A stretch of 64,000 nucleotides of DNA from Eledone cirrhosa. Its lineage: Eukaryota. The notes below the pieces were generated by a model, which saw only the letters and a program-made list of their open reading frames with translations, had not been told where the DNA came from and did not search any database. Where the stretch lies: the NCBI GenBank assembly GCA_964016885.1, contig OZ024743.1, positions 320,292,001 through 320,356,000 of the forward strand. The letters run 5' to 3'. Positions 43,694 to 59,451 of the stretch are shown here, piece after piece (position 1 is the stretch's first letter; every line of letters starts with the position of its first letter). The translations under genes and the position numbers were made by a program.

Positions 43694-43761
43694 CACTATC
43701 CTCTATCTATCTATCTCTTTCTATCTCACTCTCTCTCGCCCCCCCTCTCTCCTTCTCTCTT

Positions 43762-43852
<91 letters not shown>

Positions 43853-44214
43853 TAATTAAAATATTTCCTTTGTCTAACATTTGTAATGACCCGCCAAAAA
43901 CCGCGGGTTATTTCCCTTGCTGGAATTAACACGTGACATATATAGATACGATACGCTGCATCTAGCAGCAACATTTAGCCTATCACCCCTGTTCTGGGTA
44001 GAACGAAAACCTGCTGAAAAACTGAATCCTCTGTTCGATCATGAATACCACGAGCTTGCCAGTCACGTAAGTCTGATATTTGATTTTGGATTTCAAAGAA
44101 ACACTTTGAACGTATAATCGTTTGATTTGACCAGGTGTATTTTTCTCAACCTGTTAGTTCTATCGTTAGATTTCGCCTACTACAATGTTCGAATTCTCAA
44201 GCTATTTAAACGTA

Positions 44215-44309
<95 letters not shown>

Positions 44310-44311
<2 letters not shown>

Positions 44312-45058
44312 GTAATAATAATAAAATTGAAGAAGCATATACAGAGTATGTAAATAGACCTAGAAGAAATAGATCCCGTCGCATTTGTTGGTTTAACCCA
44401 CCATATAATATGGAGGTGGCCACACCATTAGCTAAGATCTTTCTTTCCCTTATTACGAAGCATTTTCCCCCTACACATAAATATAGTAAAATTTTTAATA
44501 GAAATACTATTAAAATTTCTTACTCTACGACTCCTAACCTTGCACATAACATCACAGCTTCAAATTTAGCTAAACTACCTAGCCGTAGGAACAGGTGCAA
44601 CCCTGTAGTTAGTACTAACTGTAATTGTAGGAATCGGGCTGATTGCCCCCTATCCGGGAAATGCCTCTCTAGTAACATTGTCTACAAATGTAAGGTTGTA
44701 ACACCCACGTCCCGTAGGGCCTACATAGGGTTAACCGCCAATAGTTTCAAGCAGCGTCTTTACATGTATACCCATTCTTTTCGTTACCCTCTAAGAAGGA
44801 ATATGACGTCACTTTCAGCTTATATCTGGAGTCTAAAAGACAACCACACCCAATATAAGTTACACTGGGAGATCCTAGCTAGGGCTAGATCGTAACGGAA
44901 ATAAAATACCATGTGACCTCTGCGCCGCTGAGGCCCTGGAAATACTCTACGCCACAGACCACATCTTAAACAAAAAATCTGAGGCAATTTCGGCTTGTAA
45001 ACATAAATTGCACAAAACTTTCCTGTATTACAGCCCCACGTTATACCCTAACGGATAG
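44310..45058 (+). pseudogene. Penelope-like GIY-YIG fragment, mirror of 29082-29830 with an extra frameshift
   Basis: Same peptide up to LARARS, then a 2-nt deletion (tcgtaacgg versus tcgtataacgg). Confidence 0.9.
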
Positions 45059-46060
45059 CACGATCTATACGTGGATATTTTACGTCTTGATGTGGGAGCT
45101 AAGTATATGTTTTGTTTATTCCTTTACTTATTTGCATAGGTAAGTATATATTACCCATATGTTTTGTGAAGGTATGTATACCTTCTCGTACGTATATTTG
45201 ACTGTTATGGCGTATCATTTTTACATATATTCTGGTATTTAGGGTTTGGCTATGTGTATACGGGAGTTTTGCGTCCGAGTGAGTATGCAGGTTCGTACGT
45301 ATGGTGGGTGTGTGTATATGTGTACTTCTTGTTTTAGTTGACTTACGTCTCCGAACATTCGTGTATTTATATGTAGGTATGTGTGTGCGCTTGTTATATA
45401 CGTATTTATTTACTTATATACGTTTATATAATTATTTATTTATTTGTACACAAGCATACACACACACACATATTTATATGTGCGTGGTTTTGTATACCTA
45501 TGGTAAGGTTTTGCGTATGCTTGTGTATGTACGTATCTGTTTGCGTGTATGTATTTATTTGTTTCTATTACTTCTGTATCGTATTTATTTACTTTGTTCT
45601 TAACTCTGTAGCGGAGATTCATTTGGTCTCCTAGTTAGAATTTTAGTCTACGACTTCTGCTATACGATTTACGTGGTTTTGTCCTTGCGTGCTTTTGTTC
45701 TCCACGCTCCACATATGACTTATTATCTTCGTTTTTTCGTTCATTGCCAGAGAACGTCTATATGCACAAACCTAAGTGAACATTAGTCTACGACCTCTTT
45801 TATACCATAAACGTGGTTTTGTCTTTGCACGTAATTGTTTTTCACCGCTCCTATTAATGACGTATTATTCGTTTTTTCCCGTTCTTTGCCAGCGAACGGT
45901 ACCACGAACCAAAGTATCGTCTTCCTGTCTTCCTCCGGCTGCAACGTTTTTTGAAATATCCAGTTCTGCGTTTACAGATTGACTTTGTTAGTTTCAGAAG
46001 ATCCCGTTAAGGGTGAAAGCAGCGATTCTTTGCTTAAACTTTAATCTGTTATTTTAATAA

Positions 46061-46192
<132 letters not shown>

Positions 46193-46251
46193 GTAAGTAT
46201 GTGTGTATACATACATACATACATATATGTATACAGACGTACAGTAGCATG

Positions 46252-46291
<40 letters not shown>

Positions 46292-46548
46292 CACACACAT
46301 ACATACAGGTACACATACATATATGCACGTATCAGTTTAGCGGACGCTTATTATAACTCCGCTTTGTTCGTTTGTAAACAAACTGAACAGCCTGAATTTT
46401 TATGCCTGACTGACTTAGCTCACTCGATATGCATAAAAATTCAGGCTGTTCTGTTTGATTACAAACGAACAAAGCGGCGTTATAATAAGCGTCCGCTAAA
46501 CTGATACGTGCATATATGTATGTGTTCCTGTATGTATGTGTGTGTATG

Positions 46549-46649
<101 letters not shown>

Positions 46650-47105
46650 GTATGTATGCATGCTACTGTACGTCTGTATACATATATGTATGTACGTATA
46701 CACACATACTTACATGTCAGTAAGTGCCGTACTAAGAGTGAGACATGAAATTTCGTTTTCATTTTATTTCAACTTATCGTTTTCGGTATGCCTGACCGAC
46801 TTAGCTCACTCGATATGCAAATTAGGCTGCTCAGCCGTTAATTTTCATAAGGAAAGTATATACTTTCGAACGTTCAACTATTTGGCAGATGGGTATACGG
46901 TGCTGATGATAGCTAACAAGCTTGAAATTAGTACATCGTTCCTGTGTCAGCGTTGAACAAAAAGGTGACGTGGTTGCCTTAACACCGTACGGCATAAAAA
47001 TTCAGGCTGTTCAGTTTGTTTACAAACGAAAAAAGCGGCGTTATAATAAGCGTCCGCTAAACTGATACGTGCATATATGTATGTGTACCTGTATGTATGT
47101 GTGTG

Positions 47106-47234
<129 letters not shown>

Positions 47235-47351
47235 ATGCATGCTACTGTACGTCTGTATACATATATGTATGTACGTATACACACATACTTACATGTCAGT
47301 AAGTGCCGTACTAAGAGTGAGACATGAAATTTCGTTTTCATTTTATTTCAA

Positions 47352-47411
<60 letters not shown>

Positions 47412-47412
47412 C

Positions 47413-47506
<94 letters not shown>

Positions 47507-49145
47507 TTCTCCTCTTTCGGTAAATGAAATTACTCGGAGTGGCTTGCTCTGCCCCAGTCCCACCGCGCCACCTGTTTTGGCCGCGTAATTATACCTGTAC
47601 CTACAAACTCCAGGTTTGGGCACAACTATTATCTTTATCATGCCTCTATTGACACGTAAATAAACCCCTAATGTGTGATTTAATAGTATTCGTTGTATAG
47701 ACGATGGCCTGTTGAAATTGTGGTGTTCCCGCTAGCGATCCCGGAGCCAAAGTTAGCTACGTTCCTAGAGTACTCGGAAAAATTAATTTCCATTTCTTTC
47801 GCTGGACGATACCACCCGAGACTGGCTGACTCACGGTGGTGGGTGTGCTGGCTGGGACTACCAATCGAAATCATTACTCTATATCCCATCCTAATATCTT
47901 ATCGAGTTAAATAAAAAAATGTTCATATAAGACTCTCTCCGTAAGTTCGTTAAATAAATCTCGCTACCTCTATTTTTCAAATTACCACTTTGCAATATAA
48001 TATTTTAAATTTAATTTATTTCAACCTATAACTCGCAACATAAGTTTAGCGTTCCAATCTTCGGTTCACACATGAGACACCCACTATAGATTCTTTGGGT
48101 AGCATTTTTTTCGCGGCATTTTCTAACATGAATGTAGTTTGACCCTTACACTACACTTATTTCTCCCTTTCTTTCTTTCTTTCTTCTTCTTCTTCTTCTT
48201 CTTTGACGGAGTGGTGGTAGTATATGATAGGCCTGCGCCCCCTTACCAGATATTCATTGGTAGTTTTCGGTTGCCAACACTTTGAGGGCGGCTGGCTGTG
48301 AAGCTAGTTGGTCAGCAGCCCTCTCTGTCTCTGGTTTCTCGGACCCATGGTTTTTCGGACCCATGGCTTTTTACATATTCCTTTGTTATATTCCAATACC
48401 TGATGATATCACCGGATTCATATGGAACCCGGTCATTGAAATGATCATAGTATAATAAAGCTTTCAAGGATTTACACCAGTCCAGCCTCCTATTATTTCA
48501 TTTATATATATATAGAGAGACTGTAAAACATTGATGTAATTCAATTCGAGAACTCAACGGGCATTTTCCACATAGGAATGACGGAGTATTTTTAGAATAA
48601 GGAAATACAAAGTAATTTAGATGTTAAAGTCCTTTATTGATAAGGCCGTGATACATATTTCGATGACGACAGTGGCCACGCGATTCTGCATGTACCCAGT
48701 GTCATGATCTCATCAGACAGTTTCTTATATAATCAGGAGGTAATCCAAAATTGAAGTGACAAGGAAACGGAAAAACACGATTTTTCATGAAGCGAATTCC
48801 CGTTCCCCAGTGAGGTTCAATTCACGCCAGCAGGTCTGCGCATGTGTAAATGTTGGATATGTAGCTGACTCCTATCGCAAACCATAGTACGAAGTTCCCT
48901 CCTATGGAACTAATTGAATCCCTACCACTGGACGAATTTAAAATGTTGAACAAACTTTCGACTGGATAAATAAGTAGAACTAAAAGCAACAAAGAACCCC
49001 TTGTTTTTCCTGCATATCGCATTGAAGACGATATTAACTTATTATGTTTAAATTTTCACGCTCCACACTTTAGGCTATATTCCTTATTTACTTAAAAAGG
49101 TTCATCAACAAAGGACTTTAACATCTAAACTTCTTTGTATTTACT

Positions 49146-49183
<38 letters not shown>

Positions 49184-49205
49184 AGGTTTACACACACTCA
49201 CACAC

Positions 49206-49290
<85 letters not shown>

Positions 49291-50251
49291 GCAACGGGTC
49301 ACTTTGTGGCTCAATGAAGAGTTAATAAATTAAATAATCAGAGCTATATATCAATATATGTAAACCCAACTAATATATGAAGCACAGGTGTTGTATGAGA
49401 TGTATTACACACAGACACTAGATTATATATAGGCGTATATATTATATATACTGGGACATGTGCATATGGTTATGTGTATACGTGAGTTTTGCGTCTGTGT
49501 GAGTATGCGGGTTCGTACGTATGTAGAGTGTGTGTATATGTATACTTGTGTTTAGGTTGACGTGCGTTTAGTGAACATATGTGTTTTTACATGTAGCTAT
49601 GTGTGTGCGCGCGTTATATACGTATTTATGTGTGTATATTTATATACGTTTATATAATTATATGTATACACGCACACACACAAACATATATATATATATT
49701 TTTTAATATATATTTTTATGTGTATTTGGTGTATACGTTTGTATATGTGCGGGTACAGGCGTTGCGTCGGTTCTGTATCTGCGTGCGTGTTTTGTTGTGT
49801 ACGGGCTTGTATTTTCATACCCATGGCAGTTGTTTTCGCGTATGCCTGTGTATCTACATATATGGATGCGTGCATGTATATAATTAATTTTTGTTGATTT
49901 CAATTACTTCTGTAATTTATTTACATTATTCTTAACTCTGAAGCCGAGAATCATTCGGTTTCCTAAATAAAATTTTAGTCTACGACTTCAGTTATACCAT
50001 AAACATGGTTTTGTCTTTGCGTGTAATTGTTTTATCGCTCCAAATAATGACGTATTATCTTCGTTTTTTTCAGTTCTTTGTCAGGAAACGTTTCCACGAA
50101 CCAAAGTATCGTCTTCCTGTGTTCCTTCAGTTGCAACGTTTTTCGAAATATTTACTTCTGCGTTCACAGATTGTTTTTTTTTTTAGTTTCAGTAGATCCC
50201 GTTAAGGGTGAAAGCAGCGATTCTTTGCTTAAACTTTAATCTGTTATTTTA

Positions 50252-50301
<50 letters not shown>

Positions 50302-50332
50302 TTATTAAAATAACAGATTAAAGTTTAATCTG

Positions 50333-50390
<58 letters not shown>

Positions 50391-51486
50391 TTAAGGTAAA
50401 CATTGATGCAATTCAATTCAAGCACTCAACTTACTTATTCCACATAGGAGTAACGGAGTAAATATCGAATAAGATTCAATCAATTCAATCCATATATGGA
50501 CAAATTGACAATCATATTAATCATGTATCTCCTATCTCATGTTGCATATATGTACTGTATATATTTTTTGTATTTATTGGATATTTTTTGTGTTTTTTTT
50601 TCTGTATTTTATATCTGTGTTTTTTTTTTGGTTTTGTTCCATGTGATGGAAATTCTAACTATGTACCCGCCTAACTACTACGTTTCATACTGTAATTTGC
50701 ACTCCCTTCTACTGTACGGTACTATCGTTCAGTATGTAGATAATATATCTGTAACATTAATACCCCTTTCAACACATCTTACTTAAACATCTTCATACGT
50801 AGTAGATAGTATAGGTGCACATATGTTTTTACTCACTTAAATCTATATTTTTACTCACTTCAATCTAGATTCTCACTTGTGAATTGTTTTAATTTTTAAA
50901 TTTTAAGTTTTAATTTCTGATTTTCGATTTTTAATTTTTAGTTTTAATTTCCAACTCTCATTCATAATTTCCATTGTGAAACCATAATACCTAGAATTAA
51001 GTATATTTTCTCTTAGAGGTTGATGGTCAATTATACTGCCCATGCTTAATGTGGGGTAGTATTGAGAACTATTGATACTCATACTCTCCCACCCCCACTA
51101 GCTTTCGGTTGACTGCCACTGACGGGTTATAGCAGTAAGCTATATATTACTGGCCTGAATAGGTTATAGTTTGGTTGAGAGGGGGAACTGCCTAGGCGAA
51201 TTTCGATGTACTCTGCGGTAGCTAATGGTCAACCTCCTTCGGACCTGCGCCTGCGCAGACCGGTGGGGGTGAATTGGTACTCACAAGGGAACGGATGGAG
51301 AACCCAAGAGCACACACTTCGTCCGTTCCCATGTCGATTCAATTTGGATTGCCTCGGAAACATAACCTTATTATGTAACAAGCTGGCTGACGATGTCACG
51401 GCACTGGCGCATGCAACAGTGTGGCCACTGTCGCCATTGAAATATATATCACAGCATTATTACTAAAGGACTTGAACATCTGAAAC

Positions 51487-51533
<47 letters not shown>

Positions 51534-52172
51534 AGAGAGAGAGAGAGAGAGAGAGAGATAAATATATATATATATGGAGTATTTCCGTCGGAAAGGTAGA
51601 GGAAACAAGAGTGCTCTATGTAGGCTACAGAGCTTATTAGTTATCTAATAAACAACATAAATAATTATTTCATTTGCCACTAGTTTCTTGAAGGCAGATG
51701 TTGCGTCTGTCTTCAGTCGTCAGAATGAATAAATAACATGGTGTTTTTATTAAATATGGATTTGAAAACAAAATTTAGGAAATACGAAAGTGAGGCTGAA
51801 AAAAAAATGGACAAAAAGGAAATAAGGGAAAAAATATAAAAAATATATATAAAAAAATAACTATCCAGAAGAAAAACATACACACACTCAACTACGCGCA
51901 TATAAGTAATAGTGCGTAGACGTATACTTTCCTTTCTCACATAAGCGTATCTGCGTCTACATAGAAATACGAACAGGATTATAAATACATACACAAACAT
52001 ATACACAGATATATATATACTCAAAAATATACACACAAATACACACGCACACATATAAAAAGAGGGTGTACACACACATATAAACATACATACATACAAA
52101 CACAAAAACACATAAACAAAAAGCTCTATACATACACGCATGTGTATATACACATATATATAAATATCAATA

Positions 52173-52264
<92 letters not shown>

Positions 52265-52268
<4 letters not shown>

Positions 52269-53402
52269 AAAACAAATAACGAAACGAAATTAAATTTCGT
52301 TTCGTTCGTAACTCACTTTTGTATGACTGACGCTTAAACAATTAAGTTAAAAATGTACATCCACATATGTATACTGAAATACTAGTATGCATATGAATAC
52401 ACACACGTATACATATGTAGATGTACCGAGTTTTTCACTGGTCACTTTACTGTGAGTGTCCAGCTATTCTGTATGTAAACACACAGACAAACCGGTTTTT
52501 AGAGTCATACTGGTTTTTGAGGAAACACCTTTCCTCTATTCTCCAGAAAGCCAGAAAAGGAATATTGAACTAGTTTCGTTGTTGTTACAACTCATCAGCA
52601 ACATTTACCTATCTTCCGGCGTTTCTAGAGAATCGTAAAAGCACATATCGTTATATGCTTTTTCTATGAAAATTAGTAGTGGGCAGACTAATTTGCATAG
52701 AGCGTGAGTACGTACCGGTTCAACGGAGACGATAAAAACAAATAACGAAACGAAATTAAATTTCGTTTCGTTTGTAACTCACTTTTGTATGACTGACGCT
52801 TAAACAATTAAGTTAAAAATGTACATCCACATATGTATACTGAAATACTAGTATGCATATGAATACACACACGTATACATATGTAGATGTACCGAGTTTT
52901 TCACTGGTCACTTTACTGTGAGTGTCCAGCTATTCTGTATGTAAACACACAGACAAAAGTGAGTTACAAACGAAACGAAATTTAATTTCGTTTCGTTATT
53001 TGTTTTTATCGTCTCCGTTGAACCGGTACGTACTCACGCTCTATGCAAATTAGTCTGCGCACTACTAATTTTCATAGAAAAAGCATATAACGATATGTGC
53101 TTTTACGATTCTCTAGAAAGGCCGGAACATAGGTAAATATTGCTGATGAGTCGTAACAACAACGAAACTAGTTCAATATTCCTTGTCTGGCTTTCTGGAG
53201 AATAGAGGAAAGGTGTTTCCTCAAAAACCAGTATGACTCTAAAAACCGGTTTGTCTGTGTGTTTACATACAGAATAGCTGGACACTCACAGTAAAGTGAC
53301 CAGTGAAAAACTCGGTACATCTACATATGTATACGTGTGTGTATTCATATGCATACTAGTATTTCAGTATACATATGTGAATGTACATTTTTAACTTAAT
53401 TG

Positions 53403-53403
<1 letters not shown>
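52265..53403 (-). mobile_element. 466-bp retrozyme-like array, mirror copy with one fewer unit
   Basis: Reverse complement of 17892-19377; the inverted unit here runs on to (TA)n. Confidence 0.8.
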
Positions 53404-53455
<52 letters not shown>

Positions 53456-53879
53456 AGTATTAAGGATACTATTTATGGTTATGTATATAATAAAACCTTT
53501 TATGGTTATATATTTTTTATATATAAACCCCAAATAGTGAAAGATAGTCATTCATTACTATCTCATAATAGAAGGTAATCATCCTGATATGAACACCTTT
53601 AGTAATTCTTAATAGACTACACTGTAATTTATAGATAAGTAACCTAATTTAGAAATTGGTTATAACCTCATATGATAGGGACTCATTTGCAACACCATTA
53701 ATGTAATTTAAGATAATAAATTTAACTAAGAAAATCAGCTAGTTACCTCCCCTTACGCATTAACTCCCCTTAGTCACACACACACTTCCGGAATATAATA
53801 AAATGTCATCTCACAAAACTAAAACAACCTGATCTATTAAGAAACGACAAGATATGGTTTATAACTTGGTTCTCCAGAC

Positions 53880-54200
53880 ACTCAATGAATCATCGTGGAT
53901 TGTGTGATAGTCCTGTAGTCTATATATTGCGTTTCATGGATTGTGTGAGTTGTGGTGTGTGCGAAGACAATGGTGCTGTTTTGCCTATTTTATAATATGT
54001 TTTATAATATGTATGATATTTTGGTGTATCTCTACATTCGGGATTGTATATCATACAGGTGTATGCGAAAACATGGTTTAACAATACGGCCCTCATGATA
54101 CTATTGACTGCCTGCTTTAACTGCCTGATTCTACAAGTAACAATCTGCCGCACTCTAAACCTGTATAAATAAGACACGCGTGCATGCTACACGTGAGATT
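53880..54200 (-). pseudogene. Possible decayed GIY-YIG (Penelope-like) remnant
   Basis: HVFAYTC..PEC..YKIGKT..LS pattern in ORF 53920-54177; weak. Confidence 0.3.
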
Positions 54201-54522
54201 GTTTCATACACTGACTACTCTAAACTTTCCTGTTGCTTTATCTTCATAAACTGCCAATGTTTTATTTTTATTTTTATTTTTATTTTTTATTTTAATTTTC
54301 ATCCTTTAACCTTTATATGTAAATTGCCATGCTATATCATTATGATGGATGTCAACCCACTGTGGGTCAATATATGCATATGTTTTTATATGTCTCTTGT
54401 GTTGAAAAGGAGGTCAAGTATGTTATAGATCACTAAATAGTTGCTACGAAGAATCCAAACCTCGGTTTGGAGGAAACAATTGTATCAAATAAATGATTTA
54501 AACTGAACTTTGATTATTGTAA

Positions 54523-54583
<61 letters not shown>

Positions 54584-54859
54584 TAAAATAACAGATTAAA
54601 ATTGTTTAAGCAAAGAATCGCTCCTTTCACCCTCAACGGGATCTTCTGAAACTAACAAAGTCAATCTGTTAGTTTCAGAAGATCCCGTTAAACTTGAATC
54701 TGTTATTTTAATAAATATTTGCTCTACGGTTCTTATATATTTGATATATATTTATCCTTATCGAGCCCTGTTTGAATTTTAGTCTTATTATTACTATATA
54801 TATATACACACCTACACATACCCATACACACATATATACAAGCATACACACACATACAT

Positions 54860-54938
<79 letters not shown>

Positions 54939-55189
54939 TACATACACACATATATATATGGCAGCGATAATGAGGGACAGAGCCCGCTGGAGAGAACTCG
55001 TCCATGGATCTCGGGAATTTTACCCGCCCTAGAATTAAAATATATATATATATATATACGTGTGTGTGTGTGTGCGCACGCGTGTGTGTGTGTGTGTGTA
55101 GAGGTTATATTTAATTTGTCGGGATACAACAAGCAAAATATTTTTATAACTGATATAAAACACTCAACAAATTATTGGAGTAAATATAC

Positions 55190-58100
55190 AATCATCACCA
55201 TCATCATCGTTTAACGACCATGTTCCACGCTTGCATGGGTTTGGACGGGAATTTTCCCACTTGTGGCAAGAGTGGTTGTCATTGCTCGCATAGGACTGTC
55301 TGGCGGGTTTTCTACAGCTGGATGCCCTTCCTAACACCAACCACATTTACAGTGTGGGGCTGGGAGGTTTTTACCGTGTTGCCTACACGGCCACATTACA
55401 GCGCGAACTGTGTGTTTTTTTGTCGTGACACCTACACGATCTCATTTGTTTCGGCCTGGATGTTGTGGCACCAACATAACTTTACATTGAAAGGGGCGGT
55501 GTGGATGGGGTGGGGTGGTGGGACGGGAGTGTATTTTGTTAGAGATGCCTACTGACTGTAGTAGGTTTTACTTTGTATTTAGGTAAGGCGGGTCTTCTCT
55601 ATTACTGAGTACCGCCAAAGGTCTCAGTCCAGTAACATTGTCTTGGAGAGGTGTAAGTGTGTGAGGTCGCAATTTACCAGCTCGTCCCAGGTTTTTTCTG
55701 GGTCTGCCTACTCCGTGGCTACCGTCTATCTTTATTGCCCTGCACTTTGTTATACAGCTGTCGTCTTTCATGCGCATCACGTGACCATACCAACGTAGCC
55801 TTCTCTCGAGTAAACAACATCTGATCCCTCTTAATTCTACTTTTTTCCTTAATTCGTTTATGCTTTGCCGTTCACGTATATTACTATTACCCATCCCGCG
55901 GAGCATGCAAGCTTCGTTCCTCTCTAGTCTGCGTATATCCTCTGCACACAATGCCCAGGTCTCACTGCCATGCAACATTGCTGTTCGTATGCAGGCATCA
56001 TACAACCTGCCTTTCATTTTTAGGGAGAACCCTTTAGCGGCTAATAGTGGTATAAGCTCTCTGAACTTTTTCCATCCAGTTCTGACTCTAGCTACTGTAC
56101 TTTCAGAGCACCCTCCCCCACTGCTGATTTTGTCACCCAGGTAACGGAAGCTGTCCACTATTTCTATAGAACCCTCTGCGCAATTGAAAGAGCTAGTATT
56201 TAGTGGGCACTTGCTGCTACTTATTGCGCCAGAGCACCGGCCACATGTAAAATCTATGTTCTTAGCTTACCTTTGATCCCACTACATCTTTTATGCACCC
56301 ATACTTTGCATTTGGGACATAAAATGGAGTTTCTACATACGCCTTTCCTACACACTGAGCATGGTCATTTCCCGGAAGGGACCGGCGCCTTATTTTCTTT
56401 CCTACAAACTAGAACTTTAGTCTTAGCCAGGTTAATTTTAGGGCCTTTTGATTCTAGGCTGTGCTTCCATGTTTGGAATTTCTTCTCTAGCTCGGCCATT
56501 GATTCAGCTATGAGCGTTAGATCTTCTGCGTATAGGAGTTCCCATGGGAAGCCGGTCTTGAACTCCTCTGTTATAGCCTGAAGGGCAATAAAAAATAGTA
56601 GGGGGCTAAGAACAGAGCCCTGATGGACACCAACTTTTACGCTAAACTCTTCACTATATTCGTTGTTAATTCTAACCTTGCTGACTGTTTCTTTATACAT
56701 GGTTTGTATAGCTCTCACAAGCCATTCGTCAACACCTAGTTTTCTAAGAACCCACCAGATAATGGAACGGGGGACTCTGTCGAAGGCTTTCTCCAAGTCG
56801 AAAAAAGCTAAGTATAGGGGTTTACTTTTAGCTAGGTACTTCTCCTGTAGTTGTCGTACAATGAAAAGAGCGTCTGTGGTACTTTTGCCTGACACAAACC
56901 CGAACTGCATTTCATCTAAATCAATTCTCTCTCTGATTAGTTGCGCTATTACTTTTTCCGTGACCTTCATGACCTGGTCGATTAATTTAGTGCCTCTATA
57001 GTTACTCCTATCTAGGGCGTCTCCTTTACCCTTGTAACAGTTAACGATGATGCTGCTACGCCAGTCCTTCGGAACAACCCCATTCTGTATGACTTGGTTT
57101 ACTATCCGGGTGACCATGGTGTGTCCCACCGTTCCAGAGGCTTTCAGCATCTCAGCAACTATTTCCGAAGGCCCAGCCGCCTTACCCGTCTTCATATCTT
57201 TGATTGCCTTACTTATTATACTACCTTCGACTAACACTGCTGGTCCCTCTATTGTTTCGATGTGGGGGAGACTGTCTTTCTCCCATTTATTCTCCTCATT
57301 TAGTAGCCTTTTGTAGTGACACTTCCAAGCTACCTTCTTATCAGCGTCAGTGATGGCAAGTACGCCATCATCGTTAAGTACACACTTCTCCCCGACAATA
57401 TCACGGTTTTCCTTGACACATTGCCTAGCAATCCTGAACACCTCACGTTTTTGGTCCTCGCGTTGTAGAACATGCTTGAACTTTCTTTCCTCTGCTTCCC
57501 TTCTTGCGAAGTACACTTGTCTCCTAGCTTCCCTCCTGGCCACCTGATAGTCTTCTCTACTTCCCCCATCCCGCCATACTTTCCAAGCCTACTTTTTGGC
57601 CTTAATCGACTCCTCCACCTTACTGTTCCACCACCATGTTACTCTCCTCCTGCATATAGGCCTACTCCGGCCACAGACTTCTTCTGTCGCCATCAGCAGG
57701 TTTGCTTTCAGGAATTCCCACTGTTCCTCTATATTGTACGACTCTAAATGCTCTTCCTTACTGTCGAAAGCATCAAGTAATATGCTTTGAAATTTATTTC
57801 TGGCTGTGGGGTCCTTTAGCTTCCATATTTTTCTCCTGAGGATAGTCCTCTTCTGCTGTCGGGTACGTCTCGTCCTGACTATGAGGTCGCTAATTATCAG
57901 TCTATATTGGGAGATGCATTCTTCATGGGGGAGGGATTTAGTGTTTGCAACAGACACTCTGTCACGTCTTCTGGTAAGGATATAATCTACCTGGCTGGTA
58001 TGTTCCCCCGATCTGTAGGTGATCAAGTGATTGTCTCGTTTTTTGAAGTTAGTGTTACAGATTGTTAGGTTATTTGCGTCACAGAATTCCAGGATTCTGA

Positions 58101-58740
58101 ACCCTTCCTCATTTCTAGTACCAAACCCATAGCCTCCGTGGATTCCATCATAGCCGTCACAATGTTGTCCAACGTGACCATTTAGGTCACCAGTAATAAT
58201 TATATAGTCACTGTCGGTTATTTGGGAGGTAGTGAGCATCAGTGTCTCATAGAAAGTGTCTTTTATAGCGCCAGGCAGTCCGGATTGGGGCGCGTACGCA
58301 GATATTATCGTCACAGTAGTTCTATTTAGAACAAGTCTTATTTTAATTATTCTGTCGTTTACTCTATTTACGTCTATTATCTTATCCACCCATTTTTCTG
58401 CTAACATGATTCCTACCCCACCCAGCCCATTGTCATTTCCCACCCAGAAAAGCTTATAGCATCGTTTTTTACCCACAATGAATCTAGCGGACCCGCCCCT
58501 CCACCTGGTCTCTTGGATACAGCAGACATCAACCTCCTTACGTTCAAGCATTTCTACAACCTCGTTAGAGCGGCCTTTTAAGGTCCCTACATTCATGGTA
58601 CCAACTCTGAAGTTTTGGATTGCGTTTGGTGGGTGGAGTGCAGGGAGGGGTGAGGTGGATGGGGTTGGGGTTATGTTGGCCATCCGCGGCCGCAATAAAG
58701 AGGGTGGGGCCTCGCCCTTTCGTCCGGCAGTTGGAAACTA
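55190..58740 (-). mobile_element. Near full-length RTE (BovB-like) LINE, frameshifted
   Basis: APE ORF 57589-58695 (GTMNVGTL, CIQETRW, GDLNGHVG, SQVDYIL), RT ORF 56365-57543 (QFGF, DLEKAFD, GVHQGSVLSP, YAEDL), Cys-rich finger ~56230-56365, C-terminal ORF 55568-56158, (GAT)n-type tail ~55190-55208. Confidence 0.93.
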
Positions 58741-58758
58741 TATTTATAAAACCATATT

Positions 58759-58824
58759 TATTTCATTATACCTATTTCAATGGCCACTAGAGCAAACTAT
58801 GGTGCGCTTTCATCAGATAAAATA
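58759..58824 (-). ncRNA. Hammerhead-like motif, mirror of 17816-17881
   Basis: Reverse-complement identity. Confidence 0.55.
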
Positions 58825-59451
58825 TAATGTAGGTTAGTTTTATAAATAAATATTGACGTACCCTTAAAAAATGCAACCATTCTGGTTGGAACCTCCTGGA
58901 TAGTGGAGTTATTAGATTTATTGTTGGTTTATTATGCAAATTAGTGTTGGAAAGGTTTAAAAACAGTATATTTAAATTAAGCCGTTTGAATAGGGAAAAA
59001 AGAGAAAAGAAAGAGAAAAAAAACGAAAGAAAGAAAGAGAGAAACCTGAGTATATTTTAGTGAGAGAGAATAACGTAATTTTGAGAGAAGAGGCGAAGAA
59101 ATAAATAAAGCGTGGATGAATACCGTAAGATGGATAAACAATAATAATAAACAATAACAGATACTAATAAAGATGGATAAACAATAATAAAGATAAGTTG
59201 AAGAATTTATCTAATGTTTAATTAATAAATTTGATTAAATGTTTAATTAATTATTTATCAATTCAATCCGTAGTTTAAATGTTTAAATGTGTATGTTATA
59301 TTATTAAAGTTGAAACCTATATATTATTGTTAAAGAATATATATTATTTAAAATATGTTATTATTACAAAACCATATATCATTTTATTATTTATTATTAA
59401 TTAATTATTTTAAAAAATGTGTAAGTTTAAAATATCCGAATATTTCTAAGC

